Both the position numbers and the translations under genes were made by a program. A DNA stretch of 64,000 nucleotides, from the NCBI GenBank assembly GCA_000990005.1, contig LBPF01000003.1, positions 7,479 to 71,478 of the forward strand. The letters are read 5' to 3'. The notes below the pieces were generated by a model. It was not told where the DNA came from. It did not search any database and worked only from the letters and a program-made list of their open reading frames with translations. This document shows, piece by piece, positions 1 to 9,067 of the stretch (the first letter of the stretch is position 1; every line of letters begins with the position of its first letter). The stretch comes from Candidatus Woesebacteria bacterium GW2011_GWB1_33_38 (GTDB lineage: Bacteria; Patescibacteriota; Microgenomatia; UBA8517).

Positions 1-1047
1 ATTTTGGCTACTCTTGAAACTAAATTTCCAAGACCGTTGGCAAGATCAGCGTTATAGACATCTCTCAACTTTTCTTCTGAAAAGTCCCCATCTGTAAAAG
101 GTTGAAATTTAGCTAAAAAGTAATAACGGAGACTATCTGCTCCGTATTTTTTGATTAAATCATTTGGATCGATGACATTTCCTAAAGTTTTACTCATTTT
201 TTGCCCATTAACTGTAAAATAACCATGGACAAACAAAGCTTTGGGAAGAGATAGTCCAGCGGACATTAAAAATGCTGGCCAGTAAACAGCATGAAATCTG
301 GTTATACCTTTACCAATTACATGCAAATCAGCCGGCCAATATTTTTTATATTTTTCCTCATCCCAGTCAAAACCAATTCCTGATTGATAGATGTTTAAAG
401 CATCAAACCAGACATAAATTTTTTGGGAATCATCATTGGGGACAGGAACACCCCAGTTTTTTGCCCTTTCGTTGGAACGGGAAATTGAAATGTCCTGAAG
501 TGGTTCTTTCAAAAAAGATAGAACTTCATTTTTTCGCTCAATGGGGTAGATTTTTAATTTGTCTTTACTTATTAAATCTATTAAATCCTTTTGATATTTT
601 GATAATTTAAAGAAATAATTTTTTTCCATTTTCGTTTAAATCTTCTGGAGAATAAAAAGCCTCACAACCAACACAATATAGCCCTTCGTATTCTTTTTGA
701 TAAATATCATCTTTACAAAGTTCCCAGAGTTTCTGTGAGGATTTAAAGTGTTTTTCTTGATCACTTCCCTTTTGCCAGATATCAAATTCGCAGTTTAAGT
801 TTTTGGTAAGTTCAACAAACAACTGATTATTTTTATCAACAAATTCTTGAACAGGTTCCTCAGCAGCCTCAGCAGCCTGAACATTTTTTAAAGCATTTTC
901 ATCTCCACCAGAAAGAAGAATAACATCTTCACCTAGCAACCTATGATATCTAGCAATAGTATCTCCCTGTACAAACTCAAGTGCATGCCCCACGTGTGGC
1001 CGACTGTTGGTATATGGGATTGCACAGGTAACATAAAACTTGGTCAT
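1..1047 (-). CDS. metG: Methionyl-tRNA synthetase, runs off window start; frame broken near 619-625
   Basis: ORF 607-1047 has the HIGH-type motif PHVGH and YCVGCE. A second frame from ~620 reads NYFFKLSKYQ...WGVPVP...YVWFDAL...GKGITRFHAVYWPA...KMSKTLGNVIDP (KMSKS-type motif). Confidence 0.93.
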
Positions 1048-1066
1048 GAAGCAATTATACTAGTAT

Positions 1067-1408
1067 CTAGTGTCCGTTCGCTAGTTTCTTTACTCTCTCA
1101 CTCCAGACGTTGGCCCATTCCTCCGCTTCCATTTTTTTTAGAGCTAATTTAATGCCTGAAGTGTTTATTATATTTTTAACCTCAGTAATTGCTTTAGATG
1201 TTACTTTCAAATTAATTTTGATGTTTTCATAATCTCGACCTTTACTCAGCCAGTAGGCAATCGCTAGCCTTTTTGAGAAAATCTCAAGCTCTTTTGAAGT
1301 TAAAAAATCACTAAAAAATATTTCAAAGTTTTGTTTTGTTTTGATATCTTCAAGAGTTTGAAAAAATGTTTTAGTTATTTCTTTTTGTAAGCTTTGCATA
1401 AAATTCAA
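1067..1408 (-). CDS. TrpR/YerC-YecD-like HTH protein (start probably 1399)
   Basis: FFSDFLTSKELEIFSKRLAIAYWLSKGRDYENI resembles the YerC/TrpR signature DLxTxxExxxxxxRxxxAxxL. Confidence 0.7.
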   Translation of the reverse strand: MNFMQSLQKEITKTFFQTLEDIKTKQNFEIFFSDFLTSKELEIFSKRLAIAYWLSKGRDYENIKINLKVTSKAITEVKNIINTSGIKLALKKMEAEEWANVWSERVKKLANGH

Positions 1409-1727
1409 TTATTACTCCTAGTCCCGCAAGAAGTAGGAAGTTTAAGATGTTACCAATTCCAAAGAGTCTAAACAAGCTAAATACGGTTAAGATTGTCGAA
1501 ACAATTAATCCTCTTCTGGAATTGCCCAAAACAAGTGCTGTAGTAAAAAAAAGTGTGGTAAAAAGATTAATAAAAAACAAAACAACAAATAACTGATTTT
1601 GTGGATCCGTGAAATATACCAAAAATCCCAAAGTTACCCACAAAAGAGTAGTAATGACTAGGGAAGGTAAAAAATTCTTACGCTTGAGCCTATTTACCCC
1701 CACACCAATTTTTCGTTTATTTTTCAT
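1371..1727 (-). CDS. Small multi-pass membrane protein
   Basis: About four hydrophobic helices; the N-terminus includes IGVGV encoded by the left inverted repeat. Confidence 0.7.
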   Translation of the reverse strand: MKNKRKIGVGVNRLKRKNFLPSLVITTLLWVTLGFLVYFTDPQNQLFVVLFFINLFTTLFFTTALVLGNSRRGLIVSTILTVFSLFRLFGIGNILNFLLLAGLGVIIEFYAKLTKRNN

Positions 1728-1996
1728 AATTCGATGCTTTTTTCAATTCTTTTTTTAAGTTGAGCTAAAGCTCTACTGCGTAATTTTAAGTTGTGCTCCC
1801 GATGTCTTGCGTCATATTCTGCAAAATAAGCTTCGTAGTAAACAAGTTTTAACGGTCTACGATATTTTGTCGAGAAAACTTTACCATTATTGTGTAACAA
1901 AAATCTAGCTTTAAGGTCCTTTGTCGAACCAATATACAATTTACTATCTTTTAAACTTTTTAAAATATAGGTGTAGAACATAATTGGTGTGGGGGT
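1696..1996. mobile_element. Putative GIY-YIG cassette bounded by perfect 15-bp inverted repeats
   Basis: ACCCCCACACCAATT (1696-1710) is the exact reverse complement of AATTGGTGTGGGGGT (1982-1996). Only the nuclease gene and 13 bp lie between them. Confidence 0.6.
1724..1981 (-). CDS. Small GIY-YIG nuclease (UPF0213/YhbQ-like)
   Basis: YTYIL...LYIGST.DL..R...HN.G...ST...RP.KLVYYE...A..RE..LK motifs all present. Confidence 0.9.
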   Translation of the reverse strand: MFYTYILKSLKDSKLYIGSTKDLKARFLLHNNGKVFSTKYRRPLKLVYYEAYFAEYDARHREHNLKLRSRALAQLKKRIEKSIEL

Positions 1997-2011
1997 GTAT
2001 TATATCTTTGT

Positions 2012-2872
2012 ATGGATTTTGTTGTCATTACTCTAATTATAGTTCTAATTTTTTTGGTTGGAATGCTTATTTTAAAAAGCCAAAGATCTTCACCTGAACT
2101 TTTGGAATATTTGAAAACTACAAATACTAGAATTGATAGCCAAAGTAGTGCAATCGGGGATAGATTAGATAATGCCTCAAGAGTCGTAGCAGATTTACAA
2201 AAAAACATTGCAGAGTTTAACCAGTTTTTAGCCTCCCCAAAACTTAGGGGAAATATAGGAGAGCAGGTCTTAAAAGAACTTTTAAAACAATTTTTGCCTA
2301 ATGAATCTTTTAACCTTCAGTACACATTTAAATCAGGGGAAAAAGTCGACGCAGCGATTATGACTTCAGCAGGAATTATTCCAGTTGATTCAAAGTTTCC
2401 AATGGAAAACTTCAGAAGGATGCAAAATGACAAAGTTTATTTAAAAGCATTTGAATCAGATGTTAAGAAACATATTGAAGATATTTCAAGAAAGTATATT
2501 TTAACTGATGAAGGGACATTAGATTATGCCCTAATGTATATTCCATCTGAGGCTGTTTACTATGAAATAGTAAACAGTCAGTCTCTTTTTGATTATGCAC
2601 AGAGTAAAAGAATACTGCCTGTTTCTCCAACTACTTTTTATGCTTACATCAAGGCAATTTTAATGAGTTTTGAAGGGCAAAAGATAGAAAAGCAGGCTCA
2701 AGTTATTCTTGCCTCACTTCGCGCCATAAAGAAAGATTATGGCAAAGTTGAAGAAAATCTTTCCACACTCCAAAAACATTTGGTTAATGCTACAAATATG
2801 ATGAGCAATGTCTTTTCAAGTTTTACCAACCTTGGCAATAAAATCGACAACACACAACGACTTGACAAGTAA
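2012..2872 (+). CDS. rmuC: DNA recombination protein RmuC
   Basis: N-terminal TM helix; RGNIGE, IPVDSKFP, TLDYALMYIPSE, VSPTT motifs. Confidence 0.9.
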   Translation: MDFVVITLIIVLIFLVGMLILKSQRSSPELLEYLKTTNTRIDSQSSAIGDRLDNASRVVADLQKNIAEFNQFLASPKLRGNIGEQVLKELLKQFLPNESFNLQYTFKSGEKVDAAIMTSAGIIPVDSKFPMENFRRMQNDKVYLKAFESDVKKHIEDISRKYILTDEGTLDYALMYIPSEAVYYEIVNSQSLFDYAQSKRILPVSPTTFYAYIKAILMSFEGQKIEKQAQVILASLRAIKKDYGKVEENLSTLQKHLVNATNMMSNVFSSFTNLGNKIDNTQRLDK

Positions 2873-2893
2873 TACCTGTTTTGTTAGTATTAC
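2862..2893 (+). promoter_or_regulatory. Sigma-70 promoter with inverted operator for the AbrB-PIN module
   Basis: TTGACA 2862-2867, 17-bp spacer, TAGTAT 2885-2890; inverted pair GTAATAC (2869) / GTATTAC (2887). Confidence 0.65.
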
Positions 2894-2899
2894 ATCAAT

Positions 2900-3157
2900 A
2901 TGCAAGTATTACTACAAAATCAAGAGTCTTATGTTACACAAAAAGGTCAAATAACAATCCCGATGTATTTAAGAATTAAATTTGGTTTACAACAAGGGAG
3001 CCGTGTTTTTTTTGACGTGGAAAAAGACCATATTAAAATAAAACCTGCATCTAATTTGGCGTCAGTCTATGGTTCAGTTTCTCCACTTTTACGAAAGATG
3101 TCCCTGAAAGAAATGAAGAGAATAGCTCTAGAAGACAAACTAAATGCAATTCGTTGA
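2900..3157 (+). CDS. AbrB/MazE/SpoVT-family antitoxin
   Basis: VTQKGQITIP...R...GL..G..V.F motif; overlaps the PIN gene. Confidence 0.88.
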   Translation: MQVLLQNQESYVTQKGQITIPMYLRIKFGLQQGSRVFFDVEKDHIKIKPASNLASVYGSVSPLLRKMSLKEMKRIALEDKLNAIR

Positions 3158-3551
3158 TACAAACATATTTATTAGACTTTTGGCCAAAGACGATCCTGTT
3201 AAATCTGAAAAATGTTTTAGATTGTTTAAGAAAGCAGAAGATGGAGATCTAGAGTTACATACTACGGAATCAATAATTTCAGAAATTGTCTATGTTTTAC
3301 AATCAAAAAGATTATATAACTTGGATAGAGACTCAATTGGTAAGAAATTGTCAGTTGTATTAAAAATCAGAAGTTTAAAAATACCACATAAGTCGGTCAT
3401 TATTTCTGCTCTAAATTTATATTCTAAAAATAATATAGATTTTGAAGACGCTATTTTGATTTCCCACACTTTATATTCAAACTCAAAAGAGATATATTCG
3501 TATGATAGAAGCTTTACTAAAATTGAAGGTGTTAAAAGATTAGAACCATGA
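3144..3551 (+). CDS. PIN-domain (VapC-type) toxin
   Basis: FVDTNIFIR, E, DFEDA and SYDRSF acidic PIN residues. Confidence 0.9.
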   Translation: MQFVDTNIFIRLLAKDDPVKSEKCFRLFKKAEDGDLELHTTESIISEIVYVLQSKRLYNLDRDSIGKKLSVVLKIRSLKIPHKSVIISALNLYSKNNIDFEDAILISHTLYSNSKEIYSYDRSFTKIEGVKRLEP

Positions 3552-3832
3552 AAAACTGGAATACAGATACTACAAAATTTAAAACAAGACTTTCTAAAAA
3601 GATTTGGGAATTGTCTCAAAAAATAAATTATGGCTTGAATGGTAAAAAATTAAATTTAACTGATATCAAAGATAATTGGTTGTTATTAAAAAACGAGTTA
3701 GACCCCAATAGGGCAAGAATGATAAACAAGTTTGCCATTCTGGTAGAATACTTAATATGGGGAAAAATCTACTCACTCCAAAACAAAAACAAATTTTGGA
3801 ATTTATCTCCAAAGATAAAAATTTATGGATGA
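3548..3832 (+). CDS. Hypothetical protein, possible orphan antitoxin-like partner of a lost nucleotidyltransferase
   Basis: Coupled to the PIN stop codon; overlaps a truncated AbiEii-like N-terminus at 3757. Confidence 0.55.
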   Translation: MKNWNTDTTKFKTRLSKKIWELSQKINYGLNGKKLNLTDIKDNWLLLKNELDPNRARMINKFAILVEYLIWGKIYSLQNKNKFWNLSPKIKIYG

Positions 3833-4160
3833 ACTTATTTTAGTTTACACAACTTGGGAAAATGCAGAACAGGCAAAAGAAGCGGGCAGAAAGTTACTTA
3901 AAACAAGAACATGCGCCTGTGTAAATGTTTTACCTCAACTTTATCCATTGTTTTGGTGGCCCCCAAAACAAAATATTATTGATGAATCTAGTGAAGTGGT
4001 AATGATAATTAAGACATTAAAATCAAAATTTGAAAATTTGGAGAAAGAAATATATAAAATTCATCCGTATGAAGTTCCGTGTATTATTGCAATTCCAACA
4101 TACAAAGTTAATAAAGGTTATTATGATTGGATAAAAGGGGAAATAAATCAACAATCATGA
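3825..4160 (+). CDS. cutA: Divalent-cation tolerance protein CutA
   Basis: VYTT, ACVN, IIKT, HPYEVPCI, YYDWI motifs. Confidence 0.88.
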   Translation: MDELILVYTTWENAEQAKEAGRKLLKTRTCACVNVLPQLYPLFWWPPKQNIIDESSEVVMIIKTLKSKFENLEKEIYKIHPYEVPCIIAIPTYKVNKGYYDWIKGEINQQS

Positions 4161-4555
4161 TACATATTAAATATAGATTAAAAAATTCGAAGATCCATGG
4201 AGTTGGTTTGTTTGCTAATGAAAATATAAAAAAAGGTAGTTTAGTTTACTCAACCAGTCCACTTTTGGATGTGAATATATCTAAAGATAAATTTAAATCA
4301 CTGGACGATAAAGAAAAACAAGAAATTAGATGGTGGGGATTTTGGGACGCGCCAAATAATGTCTGGCATGTTGATTTTGATGTTTCAAAATTTATTAATC
4401 ACTCATTCAATGGAAATTTAACACAGGACAAAAACAATAAAGATGCTTATCTTGCGACTTCGCGAAATATAAAACTAGGAGAAGAGTTAACTCAAAATTA
4501 TTTAGAATTTGAAAGCATGGAGGATTTAAAAAAACGAGGGATAAAAATAAAATAG
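4157..4555 (+). CDS. SET-domain protein
   Basis: SKIHGVGLFA..IKKG, FINHS, IKLGEELTQNY; start at 4157 is coupled to the cutA stop. Confidence 0.85.
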   Translation: MIHIKYRLKNSKIHGVGLFANENIKKGSLVYSTSPLLDVNISKDKFKSLDDKEKQEIRWWGFWDAPNNVWHVDFDVSKFINHSFNGNLTQDKNNKDAYLATSRNIKLGEELTQNYLEFESMEDLKKRGIKIK

Positions 4556-5292
4556 TGAATTTAAAAGATCTTCAAAAGGAAACTAAGAAACTGGCAAATC
4601 CTAAAAAGGCAAAAAGCTACCAGTGGTTTTTTAAGACAGGGAAGGGTGAATATGGAGAGGGAGATGAGTTTTACGGCATTACTGTCCCAGAATCTAGAAA
4701 AGTTGCCAAAAAATATAAAGACCTAAGTTTTAGTGAACTTCAAATTTTAATTAAATCAAGGATTCATGAAGAAAGATTGATTGCACTTTTAATTTTAGCT
4801 TATCAGTATCAAAAAGGAGATGATAAATTAAAACAAAAAATCTTCGATTTTTATCTAAAAAACACAAAATATATAAATAACTGGGATTTGGTGGATTTAT
4901 CTGCACATAAAATAGTGGGCGATTATCTGTTCTTACAGGGTCGGAACCTGAAAGAGAAGATAGCAGAGGTTCCGACCCTCTTAACGCGTTTAGCAAAATC
5001 AAAAAATCTTTGGGAAAGAAGAATTGCCATGATTTCTACATTTGCCTTTATTGGTAATGGTTCTTCAAAAGAAACTATTAAAATTGCAGAAATTTTAGTT
5101 AATGACTCCCATGACTTAATTCACAAGGCTGTCGGTTGGGCGCTTCGTGAGGTAGGAAAAAGAGTATCTATGAAAGATGAAATAAAATTTCTTGATAAAC
5201 ACGCATCTACTATGCCGAGAACGGCTTTAAGATATGCAATTGAGAGATTTGAGCCTAATTTAAGAAAGATGTACTTGACAAAAAAGAAATAA
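4555..5292 (+). CDS. DNA alkylation repair protein (AlkD-like)
   Basis: FFKTGKGEYGEGD, HEER, INNWDLVDLSA, LWERR, DLIHKAVGWALRE, MPRTALRYAIE. Confidence 0.9.
   Translation: MNLKDLQKETKKLANPKKAKSYQWFFKTGKGEYGEGDEFYGITVPESRKVAKKYKDLSFSELQILIKSRIHEERLIALLILAYQYQKGDDKLKQKIFDFYLKNTKYINNWDLVDLSAHKIVGDYLFLQGRNLKEKIAEVPTLLTRLAKSKNLWERRIAMISTFAFIGNGSSKETIKIAEILVNDSHDLIHKAVGWALREVGKRVSMKDEIKFLDKHASTMPRTALRYAIERFEPNLRKMYLTKKK
4937..4979. repeat. 13-bp inverted repeat inside the AlkD-like gene
   Basis: AGGGTCGGAACCT (4937-4949) / AGGTTCCGACCCT (4967-4979), 17-bp spacer. Confidence 0.85.
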
Positions 5293-5319
5293 TGTATATT
5301 ATAGAAATATACAGATGGA

Positions 5320-5616
5320 ATGGATGATTTATTTAAGACCAGCCTTGAATTTGAATGGGATAGAGGAAATGGAGAAAAGAATTGGAATTTACATAAAGTA
5401 AAAAACAAAGAAGCTGAAGAAATATTTAAAGATTTAATAGCTATCATATCTTTAGATACAAAACATTTAAAAGTAGAATTGAGATGGTTGTTATTAGGTA
5501 AAACAAAATCAAATCGAAAACTAACAGTTGCTTTTACAAAAAGAAATGCAAAAATTCGAGTAATTTCAGCAAGAGATATGAATAAAAAAGAAAGAAAGTT
5601 ATATGAAAATCAATAA
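5320..5616 (+). CDS. BrnT-family toxin
   Basis: FEWD..N..KN...H.V...EAEEIF...IRVISARDMNKKERKLY. Confidence 0.9.
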   Translation: MDDLFKTSLEFEWDRGNGEKNWNLHKVKNKEAEEIFKDLIAIISLDTKHLKVELRWLLLGKTKSNRKLTVAFTKRNAKIRVISARDMNKKERKLYENQ

Positions 5617-5899
5617 AATATTACCAATACCAAAATTTAAGAACGAGGATGATGAAAGAAATTTTTGGGCAAAAGCTGATACTTCTAAGTATTTTGATTA
5701 TTCAAAATTTAGAAGAGCTAGATTCCCAAATCTGAAGTTTTCAACGGAAACAATTTCCTTGCGTGTACCAGCGGGGATGTTGGATGATGTAAAAATACAA
5801 GCCAACAAAATAGATGTGCCATACCAATCACTTCTTAAGATTTATATAAGTGGTGCCTTAGAAGCTGACAAAAAGAATAAATTTGCTTTTGCTTCGTGA
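5603..5899 (+). CDS. BrnA/CopG-like antitoxin
   Basis: IPKFKNEDDERNFW...TETISLRVP...PYQSLLK; overlaps BrnT. Confidence 0.88.
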   Translation: MKINKILPIPKFKNEDDERNFWAKADTSKYFDYSKFRRARFPNLKFSTETISLRVPAGMLDDVKIQANKIDVPYQSLLKIYISGALEADKKNKFAFAS

Positions 5900-5912
5900 T
5901 ACAATCTGAAGT

Positions 5913-8726
5913 GTGAAAGATACTCCAAAAAAATTAAACAAGGAACAGTTGCGGGCGGTAAAACATGGCAAAGGCCCGCTTTTAATAATTGCTGGGGCAG
6001 GGACTGGGAAAACTACTGTAATAACCGAAAGAATTAAGTATTTAATTACAAAAGGACGAGCTTTGCCTGAAGAAATCTTGGCCTTAACATTTACTGAAAA
6101 AGCAGCAGCTGAAATGGAGGAGAGGGTGGATATGGCAATGCCCTTGGGTTATGGGGAAATGTGGATTTCTACCTTTCATGCATTTTGTGATCGGGTTCTT
6201 CGCGATAATGCAATTCACATTGGTTTGCCCCCTAATTTTAAATTGATGACAACTGCCGAAAATATTGACCTAATAAAGAAAAACTTATTTAACTTTAATC
6301 TTGATTATTTTAGACCACTGGGAAATCCTAACAAGTTTATTGAAGGAATGTTACAGCATTTTAGTAGACTTCAGGATGAGGTAATAACAGCAGAAGAATA
6401 TTTAAAATATTCAAAAAATTATACAAATGAAGAAATACTAGAGATAACAAAAATTAAAGAACTGGTAAACGCATATAAAGCATATGAGGATCTAAAAATA
6501 AAAGAGAGCAAGTTTGACTTTGGAGATTTGATTACAAAAACTTTAAAATTATTTAAGAAACGCCCTAACATTTTAAAAATTTATCAGGAAAAATTTAAAT
6601 ATATTTTAGTGGATGAATTTCAGGACACCAACTATGGACAAAACGAATTGATTAATTTACTTGCTCGAAAGTATAAAAATATCTCAGTCGTTGGGGACGA
6701 TAACCAATCAATCTATAAATTTAGGGGAGCTGCTATAAGTAATATCATTCAATTCAAAAAGACTTATCCTAAAGCTAAAATCATCAGCTTGAATCAGAAC
6801 TATAGATCAACTCAAACAATTCTTGATTCAGCTTACAGATTAATTAAACATAATGATCCAGATACATTAGAATATCAGTTGGGAATATCTAAAAAACTTA
6901 TGGCAGTGAATAGTAAACAGTTAACAGGTATAAAGTTAATTCATACCAAAACTGGGCAGGAAGAAGCAGAAGAAGCTACTGAAGAAGTTATTAAACTCGT
7001 AACCCATAACTCGACACTATATCACTATAGTGATATTGCAATTTTGGTCAGGGCTAATAACCATGCAGATGTATTTATAAGAGAATTTGAAAGACAAGGT
7101 ATTCCGCATCAGTTTTTAGGATTAAGTAAACTTTTTGAAAAAGAAGAAATAATTGATCTAATTTCTTACCTTAAAGTTCTATATAACCCTGAAGATTCGG
7201 CCAGTTTGTATAGACTATTATCTTCTGAGGTTCTAAATATATCAAGCATGGAGCTAGTAAAATTAAATAGTTTGGCCAAAAGGAAAAGTTTGTCACTTTT
7301 TGAAGTACTTGCGGAAATTAAGAACGAAAAAATAGTCAATTTACTTAAAGTTATTGACAAACATCTAAAGTCAATTAATAAACTATCAGCAGGACAGATT
7401 TTATACGATTATATAAATGAAGTAGGCATTTATCAAAAAATTTTGGATAACAGCGAGGATGTCAAAGCAAAAAATATTGCCAAGTTTTTTGAAAAGATAA
7501 AATCATTTGAGGAATCAGCCAAAAACGCAAGTGTTTTTGCATTGGTTGATTACATTGATTTACTAACAGAAGTGGGCGAGTCTCCAAGTGTTACCGATGT
7601 CGATTGGCAGGAAAATAATGCTATTAATATTTTGACGGTTCATAGTTCAAAAGGTTTGGAATTCCCCGTCGTATTTTTAGTCAATCTGGTAAGTGAACGG
7701 TTTCCATCAAGAGAACGACGCGAACAGATTCCAATACCTGATTATTTGATTAAAGAAACGCTGCCTTCTGGAGATTTTCATTTGCAAGAAGAAAGAAGAC
7801 TTTTTTATGTTGGCATGACCAGAGCAAAAGAAAGATTATATTTTACTGCAAGTGATTACTACAATGATGGTAAAAGACAAAAGAAAATATCGCCATTTGT
7901 CACTGAGGCCCTTGGTGAAATAACCAATAACCAAATTCCAATTATCAAACAATTTCAAATCACTAATTTACAAAATTCAAAACACAAGTCACCAATCACT
8001 AGTCACCAGCCATTAAAGATTAATTATTTATCTGTAAGCCAAATCGAAACTTTTAAATCCTGTCCAATGCACTACAAATTAAAATATATTTATAAACTCC
8101 CTACTCCACCATCTGCCTCAATCTCATTTGGTGTATCAATTCATAATACTTTAAAAGATTATTTCGGGACGAAGAAAGATATTCTTGGAATATATAAAAA
8201 TAATTTTATTACTGAGGGTTATATTAATAAAAAACATAAACAAGAATTTTACAAAAAAGGAGAAATTTACTTATTAGGATTTTTGAAAAATTCTTATGAT
8301 CCGAAAATTAAAACAGTTTCTCTTGAGCAAAAATTTACGATTCTAATCGACAAAACTTTAAAGATTGGGGGAGTTATTGATAGGGTAGATGATTTAGAAA
8401 AAGGGCTATATGAAGTAATTGACTACAAAACAGGAGCTAATATTCCGACGCAAAAAGAAGTTGATAAAGACATGCAGTTATCTTTTTATTGCTTGGCAGT
8501 TTCAAATTTATACAAAGTAAAACCTGAAGATATTAAACTCTCACTTTACTATTTAGATACTCAGGAAAAAATAACAACAACAAGAACAGCGAAGCAGTTA
8601 GAAACTTTGAAAAAAGAAATTTTAGAAATAAAAAAAGAAATTGAAGAAAGTGATTTCAAATGTAACAATAGTTTTTTCTGTCAGGGAAAATGTGAATACT
8701 CAATGTTTTGTAGAAATGAAAAGTAA
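5913..8726 (+). CDS. UvrD/REP-family helicase fused to a C-terminal PD-(D/E)XK nuclease (AddA/AdnB-like)
   Basis: AGAGTGKT, DEFQD, GDDNQSIY, TVHSSKGLEF, EERRLFYVGMTRA; then GVIDRVD...IDYKTG, with CPMHY plus terminal cysteines. Confidence 0.92.
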   Translation: MKDTPKKLNKEQLRAVKHGKGPLLIIAGAGTGKTTVITERIKYLITKGRALPEEILALTFTEKAAAEMEERVDMAMPLGYGEMWISTFHAFCDRVLRDNAIHIGLPPNFKLMTTAENIDLIKKNLFNFNLDYFRPLGNPNKFIEGMLQHFSRLQDEVITAEEYLKYSKNYTNEEILEITKIKELVNAYKAYEDLKIKESKFDFGDLITKTLKLFKKRPNILKIYQEKFKYILVDEFQDTNYGQNELINLLARKYKNISVVGDDNQSIYKFRGAAISNIIQFKKTYPKAKIISLNQNYRSTQTILDSAYRLIKHNDPDTLEYQLGISKKLMAVNSKQLTGIKLIHTKTGQEEAEEATEEVIKLVTHNSTLYHYSDIAILVRANNHADVFIREFERQGIPHQFLGLSKLFEKEEIIDLISYLKVLYNPEDSASLYRLLSSEVLNISSMELVKLNSLAKRKSLSLFEVLAEIKNEKIVNLLKVIDKHLKSINKLSAGQILYDYINEVGIYQKILDNSEDVKAKNIAKFFEKIKSFEESAKNASVFALVDYIDLLTEVGESPSVTDVDWQENNAINILTVHSSKGLEFPVVFLVNLVSERFPSRERREQIPIPDYLIKETLPSGDFHLQEERRLFYVGMTRAKERLYFTASDYYNDGKRQKKISPFVTEALGEITNNQIPIIKQFQITNLQNSKHKSPITSHQPLKINYLSVSQIETFKSCPMHYKLKYIYKLPTPPSASISFGVSIHNTLKDYFGTKKDILGIYKNNFITEGYINKKHKQEFYKKGEIYLLGFLKNSYDPKIKTVSLEQKFTILIDKTLKIGGVIDRVDDLEKGLYEVIDYKTGANIPTQKEVDKDMQLSFYCLAVSNLYKVKPEDIKLSLYYLDTQEKITTTRTAKQLETLKKEILEIKKEIEESDFKCNNSFFCQGKCEYSMFCRNEK

Positions 8727-8731
8727 TTTAT

Positions 8732-8992
8732 TTAAAATCCCATGATTACCAATCCATATTTATTAATATCTTTTTTAGTCCAAAACTTTTGATCTTTTGA
8801 ATTTAATACAAAAGAAATTTTTTTCTCAATTTTTCTCCCTGTGTAGCTTTTATCGACTGGATCATATTCGCGTAATACTAAAATATCTCCTTTTTTAACA
8901 TTAAAATCAGCAATTCTAGCATCAAATGTTTTTTCTCCAGAAAGGATTTTATTGAATAATTCAGGCCATGTCTTTTTCTCAATCCTTTCCAT
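8732..8992 (-). CDS. DUF3850/ASCH-like protein
   Basis: KTWPELF..ILSGEKTFDAR..DF.V..GD.L.LREY...YTGR. Confidence 0.8.
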   Translation of the reverse strand: MERIEKKTWPELFNKILSGEKTFDARIADFNVKKGDILVLREYDPVDKSYTGRKIEKKISFVLNSKDQKFWTKKDINKYGLVIMGF

Positions 8993-9028
8993 AAATTAAT
9001 TATACACTTTTACAAATGACCATGATAT

Positions 9029-9061
9029 AGGTCTTGACAAAAGACCTGTTTATAGTATCAT
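9029..9061 (+). promoter_or_regulatory. Promoter with palindromic operator for the TA module
   Basis: AGGTCTT-gacaa-AAGACCT overlaps TTGACA (9034-9039); TATCAT (9056-9061) ends 6 nt before the ATG. Confidence 0.6.
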
Positions 9062-9067
9062 GTAAAC

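Noticed and set aside
5276-5880. TGACAAAAAAGAAATAA / TGACAAAAAGAATAA as direct repeats flanking BrnT-BrnA
   Set aside because: A-rich, needs two indels, and the second copy lies inside the antitoxin; chance is plausible.
9029-9047. AGGTCTT-N5-AAGACCT as a member of the AGGTC/GACCT family
   Set aside because: Spacing differs and it overlaps the TA -35 box, so an operator is the simpler explanation.
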